Position numbers and translations under genes: made by a program | In this document: positions 10,409-17,296 of the stretch, piece by piece | Position numbering within the stretch: position 1 is the first letter of the stretch | How the letters are laid out: every line of letters starts with the position of its first letter | Origin: Planctomycetota bacterium | Lineage (GTDB): Bacteria; Planctomycetota; UBA8108; UBA1146 | Direction of reading: 5' to 3' | Length of the DNA: 64,000 nucleotides | Assembly: GCA_036125855.1 (NCBI GenBank) | Contig: JAYZTT010000009.1 | Coordinates: forward strand, 7,194 to 71,193 | The notes under the pieces: generated by a model | The model's input: the letters and a program-made list of their open reading frames with translations, nothing else | The model's database searches: none | Told to the model about the DNA's origin: nothing

Positions 10409-11695
10409 TTGAACCCGACCGAAGTCATCTTCTGGATCGGCTCAGGAATCGTATTCTTGATCCTGATCGAGCTGATTCTCGCCGTGGCCCGGCACTTCAA
10501 TACGGCTCAGCGTGCGGCTCGAAGCATCGAGACCTCGAGCGCGAACCTGCAGCGAGAACTTGAGGAAGTCCCTGATCCTCCCGACCTCGCCACGTCCAGG
10601 CGAGCTTGGCGAGGATATCGGCGATTCATCCTGGAAAAAAAGGTCGAGGAGGCCAGAGACATCTGCTCCTTCTACCTCTCTCCGATAGACATGGAGCCGT
10701 TACCGACCTACAAACCGGGTCAACATCTCGGATTCCAGCTGCGCATCCCGGGCAGGTTGCGTCCTACCGTACGCAACTATTCCCTCTCCACCGCACCCGG
10801 CAACCCCAACCGCTACAAGATCACTGTGAAACAGCTGACAGCTCCACCAGAGAAACCGGATGCTCCACCGGGGCGAGGTTCCACATTCATGCACGAGAGC
10901 TTGTCGGCAGGAAACCTGGTGGAGGTGAGTTGCCCATCCGGAAAGTTCATCCTCGACCGAGAAGATTCGCGACCGGCTGTATTTGTCGCCGGTGGAATCG
11001 GTGTCACTCCACTGATGAGCATGATTGAGAGCATCTGTAACGAGAACATCGAACGCAGATGTTTTTTCATCCATGCGGTCCGAAACCGATCCGAACATGC
11101 ATTTCATGATCAGCTTCAGCAGATCGCGGAAGATCGAAGCAACATCGATCTTCATGTTTTCTACAGTCATCCAGAACAAGAAGACGATGATCTGATCTGC
11201 TCGAAACCCACATACCACTCCGGGTTTCTCGATGTTGAATCGCTCAACAAGATTACAGGTGGAGGGGATCTCCAGTACTACATCTGTGGACCTCCTCCGA
11301 TGATGTCCGCTCTGGTCCCGGCACTGGAATTAGCCGGTGTGAGTCCTGACGACCTCCTGACGGAAGCATTTGGACCGGCGTCCACCAGCAAGAAGGTCAA
11401 CACCCTCTCGACAGAGTCTGGTGACAACCTGGAGGAGACAGAGAGGTTCAAGGTATTTCTGGAGACCAGCAATCGAACCCTCAAATGGGATGGCAGTAGT
11501 TCCCTCCTGGAACTGGTAGAAGCCTCTGGAATCTTCATTGACAGTAGCTGCAGATCAGGAAATTGTGGGACCTGCGAGGCTCGCCTGCTCGACGGCCCCG
11601 TTCAATATGAAGAAGAACCGGGAGTGGATATCGCCTCTGGACATTGCCTGACATGCGTCGCCAGACCTGCTGGTGATGTAATTCTAGAACTCTGA
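10409..11695 (+). CDS. Membrane-anchored FAD/NAD(P)H oxidoreductase with C-terminal 2Fe-2S ferredoxin
   Basis: N-terminal TM helix; RNYSLS FAD motif; VAGGIGVTP; YICGPPPMM; EAFG; CRSGNCGTC...C ferredoxin motif. Confidence 0.92.
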   Translation: MNPTEVIFWIGSGIVFLILIELILAVARHFNTAQRAARSIETSSANLQRELEEVPDPPDLATSRRAWRGYRRFILEKKVEEARDICSFYLSPIDMEPLPTYKPGQHLGFQLRIPGRLRPTVRNYSLSTAPGNPNRYKITVKQLTAPPEKPDAPPGRGSTFMHESLSAGNLVEVSCPSGKFILDREDSRPAVFVAGGIGVTPLMSMIESICNENIERRCFFIHAVRNRSEHAFHDQLQQIAEDRSNIDLHVFYSHPEQEDDDLICSKPTYHSGFLDVESLNKITGGGDLQYYICGPPPMMSALVPALELAGVSPDDLLTEAFGPASTSKKVNTLSTESGDNLEETERFKVFLETSNRTLKWDGSSSLLELVEASGIFIDSSCRSGNCGTCEARLLDGPVQYEEEPGVDIASGHCLTCVARPAGDVILEL

Positions 11696-11714
11696 TATAC
11701 CAGAGCCAGATTCA

Positions 11715-12773
11715 ATGAATGGGAAACAGGGCATGCATAGTAAACATCTCTTGTTGTTCTTGCTGTCGATCGCTGTGACCGGTTGGGCCCTGGCTCTCCC
11801 TTCAGTCGATGACTCTGAACAGGTATTGCCAACCGGACCTGGCTTCGATCCGAAAGAAGTGATGGGGCCGGCTGATTGTATCGAATGCCACAAGCACTCC
11901 GGCAATATCTGGGAAAATACTCCTCACCATGAATCGATCACCGGTGTTCACAGGAGCAAAGAAGGCCAGGCCATCGCCAAGAAGATGAAAATCAAACGAA
12001 TCACCAGGGAGAGCCTGTGCATCGATTGCCACGGCACTGCACAACACTCCGGGGAAAAGACTTCATTGATATCCAACGGGATCTCCTGCGAGTCGTGTCA
12101 TGGTGCAGCAGCAAACTGGATGAAACGACACGGTGAATTCAGTGGCAAGGAAGAGGGACAGGAAACCGCTGAGGAGATCGCAGCACGCTGGAAGGAAGTG
12201 GAGGCGGCAGGAATGCTGCGTCCATCGATGGTTCTGGAAATCGCCAGAAATTGCGTCAGTTGTCATGTTGTTCCCCATGAAGAACTGGTCAATACCGGCG
12301 GACATTCCTCGGGAAGCGATTTTGAACTGCTCTCATGGAGTCAGGGCATGATCCGTCATAACAACTTTTATTCGAAGGGTAAGGAAAACAAGCCGGCACC
12401 CATCGAGAAACAGAGGCTATTCCACATCGTCGGCATCCTGGCAGAGATGGAACTTGTACTGAAAGCGGTTTCCACTGCCACGGCAACGGGCACCTATGCA
12501 GTCAAGAACGCAAGAAGATTCATGCTGTTGAAGGAAAAGCTCGAGGCGGTGAACGAGGCGATCGACAATCCGCAGATCAAGGAGGCAATGGCTGCCATCG
12601 GTGATCTGAAGATGAGCCTCAAAAACCAACCGGCGATCGGACAGGCCGCCGATCAGATCACCGCTTCCTTGAACGCATTCGCAGTTCTGAGTGATGGCAG
12701 CGACCTCGAAGGTGTCGATCCACTTCTTGTCGATGCAAAGAACTACAGGGGCGGCAACCCCGAACCAAAATAG
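11715..12773 (+). CDS. Tetraheme cytochrome c554-family protein
   Basis: Signal peptide; CIECH, CIDCH, GISCESCHG, CVSCH. Confidence 0.9.
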   Translation: MNGKQGMHSKHLLLFLLSIAVTGWALALPSVDDSEQVLPTGPGFDPKEVMGPADCIECHKHSGNIWENTPHHESITGVHRSKEGQAIAKKMKIKRITRESLCIDCHGTAQHSGEKTSLISNGISCESCHGAAANWMKRHGEFSGKEEGQETAEEIAARWKEVEAAGMLRPSMVLEIARNCVSCHVVPHEELVNTGGHSSGSDFELLSWSQGMIRHNNFYSKGKENKPAPIEKQRLFHIVGILAEMELVLKAVSTATATGTYAVKNARRFMLLKEKLEAVNEAIDNPQIKEAMAAIGDLKMSLKNQPAIGQAADQITASLNAFAVLSDGSDLEGVDPLLVDAKNYRGGNPEPK

Positions 12774-12797
12774 AACTTCATGAACGAGTGACCCATC

Positions 12798-14489
12798 ATG
12801 GATGATCAGGAACTCAGAATAGATCGACCGAAACGCTGGGACCAACCGTTCGGCGAGGACCTGCTCTCCGACGATTTCGTCGACAGAGCCCTGACCGAGA
12901 CTGTCCTGTCACTGGCCTGCAATGATTTCCAGCCCGGAGGGGCTTCGATCTCCGAAATCCTTCGTAACGATGCCCGCAAGGTTGATTATCAACCGGGTGA
13001 AATTCTCATCCGCAGGGGTGACTACGGTGGTTCCGTGTTTTTCGGCCTGTCAGGTTCGACCCACGTCTTGACCGATCCTGCCGGAGAAGAATTACTGCAA
13101 ACCAGAAAGATGCCTGGCAAGCGAACCTGGTGGCAAGCGCTCTCCCAGTTGTGGCAAAACTCGCAGTTCACCGAATCCAGACACCTGGCAGGCACGGACA
13201 TTCATTCCTACGATACAGAAGAAGTGCTCAAGCGATCACGTACCATTCCCTGCGATCTGGATCAGTTTATCAAGGACTTCAATTCGGTTGAGATTCCCAA
13301 TGGCAGGTCAATCGGTGAGATCGCAGCGCTCAGAAGATCTCCGAGAAGTGCTACCGTGTTCTCTGCATCTGAATCGGTCCTTCTTGAACTGCGCTGGCAG
13401 GCGATCCGTGATATCTGCAGAAAATCGCGGATGTTCAGGGAATATCTGGAGGAAGAGATTCGTACCAGATCGCCGGGCAACCTGTTCGCCAATCTACCGC
13501 TATTCGACGCGATTCCTGAAGAAGACCGGGCAAAACTGTTGCATGTCATCCAGTTCGAACGACAGGGCAACGAGAACTGGAATCAAGGGCTTCGGATTAC
13601 CCTGGAAAACCGAGAAGAAATCCTTTCCCAGGAAACCCTTGTCGTGAAGGCTGGTTGGAGGCTCGACGGCATCTTCGTGATGCTCAACGGGTTCGCACGA
13701 ATTTCCACGAACAGCCACGGTGTGACCGATACCGTCGATTATCTGCGTCCAGGGGATGTCTTCGGACTGGAGGAATTACTCGAGGCCATCGAATCCGGTG
13801 GTACCCCTTACGCTTCCCGCAGCATGCACTGCATCGGCACCACCGATCTGTTACTGATTTCCACCCCGGCAATCCAGAACTACATACTTCCCCACGTCAA
13901 GAAAGAAGATCTTCTCCGCAATTTCAGCTGGAGAGGTGGGAAAATGGAAGTCTCCAAGGGGCTGCTCGATTTTCTGGTCAATCACAGAACCATCAATGGC
14001 AACCAGACGATGATCATCGATCTCGATCGCTGCACCGATTGTGACGATTGTGTCAAGGCTTGCGCCATTACCCATGACGGCAATCCCAGATTCATTCGTG
14101 AAGGACACAGGTATGCCCAGTTGATGGTAGCCTCGGCTTGCATGCACTGCTGTGATCCCGTTTGTCTCATCGGGTGTCCAACGGGTTCCATCCACCGGGA
14201 GCCAGCCAGCGGAAACGTGATCATTCATGATGAGAGTTGCATCGGCTGTGCAACATGCGTCGAGGCGTGCCCCTACGACAACATCCGTACCGTCGAGATC
14301 AAGGATTCCAGCGGCCGGCCTCTCATCGACTCGAACTCGGGGAAACCGATCCTCCGAGCAACAAAATGCGACCTCTGCATCGATCAGCCGTCGGGGCCCG
14401 CCTGTGTCAACTCATGCCCTCACGATGCTCTGCATCGCGTTGACTTCGGAGAGCATGATCTCAGTGCTCCGCTGTGGAAAAGGTCCTGA
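12798..14489 (+). CDS. Cyclic nucleotide-binding domain protein fused to a DmsB/NrfC-type 4x[4Fe-4S] domain
   Basis: GEIAALRRSPRSATV phosphate-binding cassette; second degenerate cNMP domain (YLRPGDVFG); CTDCDDCVKAC, CMHCCDPVCLIGCP, CIGCATCVEACP, CDLC...PACVNSCP. Confidence 0.92.
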   Translation: MDDQELRIDRPKRWDQPFGEDLLSDDFVDRALTETVLSLACNDFQPGGASISEILRNDARKVDYQPGEILIRRGDYGGSVFFGLSGSTHVLTDPAGEELLQTRKMPGKRTWWQALSQLWQNSQFTESRHLAGTDIHSYDTEEVLKRSRTIPCDLDQFIKDFNSVEIPNGRSIGEIAALRRSPRSATVFSASESVLLELRWQAIRDICRKSRMFREYLEEEIRTRSPGNLFANLPLFDAIPEEDRAKLLHVIQFERQGNENWNQGLRITLENREEILSQETLVVKAGWRLDGIFVMLNGFARISTNSHGVTDTVDYLRPGDVFGLEELLEAIESGGTPYASRSMHCIGTTDLLLISTPAIQNYILPHVKKEDLLRNFSWRGGKMEVSKGLLDFLVNHRTINGNQTMIIDLDRCTDCDDCVKACAITHDGNPRFIREGHRYAQLMVASACMHCCDPVCLIGCPTGSIHREPASGNVIIHDESCIGCATCVEACPYDNIRTVEIKDSSGRPLIDSNSGKPILRATKCDLCIDQPSGPACVNSCPHDALHRVDFGEHDLSAPLWKRS

Positions 14490-15316
14490 TGAGAAACCTC
14501 AGAGCCCCTTCCTCCTCGATCTTCGTCGCAATCATTCTGGTTTTCATCTTCTTCAGATATTGCCTGCACATCACTGATCAATCCCTCGGTGATCTCGCGA
14601 AAACAAGTGGGTGGTTCCTGCTGGCCAGTTTCCTGCTCCTCTGCCTGTATGGCATTCGCAAGAAGTTCCCCTTCCTGCCGCTGGGAAAAACATCGACGTG
14701 GTTATTACTTCACCTGACCACCGGATTTCTCAGTGTTTATTTGTTCCTGGAACACACGGGTTTTCAAATCCCGACAGGGATCTTTGATCTCATTCTTGGC
14801 CTGGGATACTGGATCATCCTGCTCAGCGGAGTCGCTGGCTGGATTCTGATGAGATCGATCCCGATCCACCTGCGTGATTCGATGCATCTACTGCCAGGAA
14901 GGATTGCTGAAGAACGGTCACAGCTGATCCACCAGGCGGATGAAGAGATCAAGAACTGGAAACCGGATTCCACCGATCTCGGATATCAGGATGCATATCT
15001 CACGGTTCTGCGGCCATTTCTATTCCGGAGCCCGGGCCTTCTTCCCCGTGGCTCGAAGGAAAATCACTACCTGTCTCAGGAGTTTGCTGCTCAGTACGCC
15101 AGGTGTATCAACATCGTGTATCTCCAACCCAATAGTACCGAGGACAAGATCCATCAGCTGATTCTGCGCAAGGCGATACTGGATCGACAACTGCGTCTTC
15201 ATCGATGGATGCGAGGATGGATGCTGATTCATCTTCCCCTCACCGGAGCGATGGTGATGATGATCACCTTGCATGTGGTGGTGGTTCATGGCTTTGCGGC
15301 TGGATCGGCGCGCTGA
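14489..15316 (+). CDS. Integral membrane protein with intramembrane His residues (possible heme b carrier)
   Basis: About five TM segments; LLLHL, FLEH, LIHLP, TLHV; TGATG overlaps with both neighbours. Confidence 0.75.
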   Translation: MRNLRAPSSSIFVAIILVFIFFRYCLHITDQSLGDLAKTSGWFLLASFLLLCLYGIRKKFPFLPLGKTSTWLLLHLTTGFLSVYLFLEHTGFQIPTGIFDLILGLGYWIILLSGVAGWILMRSIPIHLRDSMHLLPGRIAEERSQLIHQADEEIKNWKPDSTDLGYQDAYLTVLRPFLFRSPGLLPRGSKENHYLSQEFAAQYARCINIVYLQPNSTEDKIHQLILRKAILDRQLRLHRWMRGWMLIHLPLTGAMVMMITLHVVVVHGFAAGSAR

Positions 15317-17268
15317 TGAAACGGAAGCAAAGCCCCTTCGATGCCAAGTCTGTGAAATACCTGCGCCCTGATCAACCCTATCAATGCGGACTGAACAACC
15401 TTCGTTGTGATGCTGGACCCACCGCCGATGGCAAGTGCTCCCGGCCCGATTCTCCCTGCACCCCGGTCGCCAGCGAAGGGCTGATCCGAAAACGTATCTT
15501 TCGAAGAGTGACGGTGCTGGCCCTTGGACTGAGTCTGCTCGCGCTGGCCGCAGATGACATTGCAGTCTTCGATCCGGGTACACATCGGTCATTTCATGCA
15601 CATCTCGATTGCTCCAGTTGCCATGCCCCACTGCAGTTGACTTCATTGACCTCCCTGCAACGTGGCTTGTGGGGCAGTGGAAGCCCACACGCATCGATGA
15701 AGTGCCTCAAGTGTCACGATATGGGAGAATTCGGAGATGATCCTCATTCGGTGTCCCCGGAGTACCTGCGTTTCCTCACCGATGATCGGTCATTGACGAG
15801 CAATCCGCTCGAGGATGTGTCCTGTGGTCAATGCCACCTGGAACACCGGATCCAGGATGAAATGGTGCATCTCAATGATGTGCGGTGTCAATCGTGTCAC
15901 CAGCAACGCTTTGCATCCTTTGATGATGGGCATCCGGAATTCAACAGTACCTACGGACAACCTGAACGGGCGATTGCATTCGATCATCGAGACCATGCGA
16001 GTAAGCACTTCAACGAGTTTCCTCAACATGCCCCTCAAACGTGCGACGATTGCCACAGCCTGGCACCTGATCGAAGCCGCATGATCTTGAAGCCATTTGC
16101 CGAATCCTGCGCACCCTGTCACAGCGATTCCATCAGTGGACACGCTGCCACCGGCAAACAGAAAGGAATCGAGTTCCTGTCGATTCCCTCCTTCGACCTC
16201 GAATCCCTCTCTCAGGCGGACAAGGATATCAAACCCTGGCCCGATATCGGATCCGACTTCCCCACAGCCTGGACTCTGCGCTGGCTCCGGGACCGTCTCG
16301 GCGGTGATTCGGATGTTGAACTGCTCTCGGGTGTCGAACTGTACGATCTGGAAGATCAATCGGAGCCGATCCTGGCTGCCTCGAAACGTGTGGCTCTGCG
16401 ATTCAAGGATCGACTGCAGAAAACTCTCGAATCGGACCTCGAGAGTTTCGTCAACTCCATCGTTTCCGGTTCCTCGACTCCGGGTCCTGACCTCGAGCAG
16501 ATCTCGCTGCTCTCGGGTCAACTACCCCGTTCCATCCTCGAGCAGGCATCGACACGCTGGTTCACGCCGGTGACGGAGAGCTCGGATTCAACGGAACTAC
16601 CAGAGCAGAGCAACTCGGCCAGCGAACAAGACGTTGATCTGAGCCTGCTGGAAGACGATCTGCTCGGCACCGAAGAGGAGGACGACCTCTCCCGGATGGA
16701 AGCCGATGATGCGAGCTCCGAGCCAACCGATCCCGACGACATCGATCTCGAGCTGTGGGCCAGTGCCGGGGGCTGGTACTTTGAACCTCCCTCAATCCGC
16801 TATCGCCCGGTTCAACATGCCGATCCGTTCATCAAAGCGTGGGTCAATCTGGAAGTGATGTCGACCATCGAAGACCCCGATTCAGAGTCCATCATCGAGC
16901 AGGTCTTCGGTCCCCTGGCAGCGGGAAACTGTGCCTCCTGCCACATCGGGATCAAGCGTGAGGAGGCCACGGCTCACTGGTCTCCGACATCGATGCGGCC
17001 TGAAACCTTTCCCCAGCCAACTCACTTCTCCCACGGCCCACATATCCTGCCGGGGTCCAGTGTCACTTGCCTCAATTGCCATCAACTGCTCGACGACAAC
17101 CAGCTGTCCAATGACTGGAAACCGATCACCAGGAGCAGTTGCACCTCATGCCATGGGCAAGAGGTTCAATCCAACTGCTCCACCTGCCATGACTATCATG
17201 TCGGGCCTCGAACTCGTCTGATCAATGCGGTCGACATCGACGGGCTGATTCAACCGCAAGAAGATTAG
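15316..17268 (+). CDS. Decaheme cytochrome c3-like protein, membrane anchored
   Basis: Ten CxxCH motifs (CSSCH, CLKCH, CGQCH, CQSCH, CDDCH, CAPCH, CASCH, CLNCH, CTSCH, CSTCH); FDHxxH and FSHxxH motifs; start at MKRKQ via TGATG overlap. Confidence 0.9.
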   Translation: MKRKQSPFDAKSVKYLRPDQPYQCGLNNLRCDAGPTADGKCSRPDSPCTPVASEGLIRKRIFRRVTVLALGLSLLALAADDIAVFDPGTHRSFHAHLDCSSCHAPLQLTSLTSLQRGLWGSGSPHASMKCLKCHDMGEFGDDPHSVSPEYLRFLTDDRSLTSNPLEDVSCGQCHLEHRIQDEMVHLNDVRCQSCHQQRFASFDDGHPEFNSTYGQPERAIAFDHRDHASKHFNEFPQHAPQTCDDCHSLAPDRSRMILKPFAESCAPCHSDSISGHAATGKQKGIEFLSIPSFDLESLSQADKDIKPWPDIGSDFPTAWTLRWLRDRLGGDSDVELLSGVELYDLEDQSEPILAASKRVALRFKDRLQKTLESDLESFVNSIVSGSSTPGPDLEQISLLSGQLPRSILEQASTRWFTPVTESSDSTELPEQSNSASEQDVDLSLLEDDLLGTEEEDDLSRMEADDASSEPTDPDDIDLELWASAGGWYFEPPSIRYRPVQHADPFIKAWVNLEVMSTIEDPDSESIIEQVFGPLAAGNCASCHIGIKREEATAHWSPTSMRPETFPQPTHFSHGPHILPGSSVTCLNCHQLLDDNQLSNDWKPITRSSCTSCHGQEVQSNCSTCHDYHVGPRTRLINAVDIDGLIQPQED

Positions 17269-17296
17269 ATTCCGGGGGAAGCAGATAAACTGCCGA

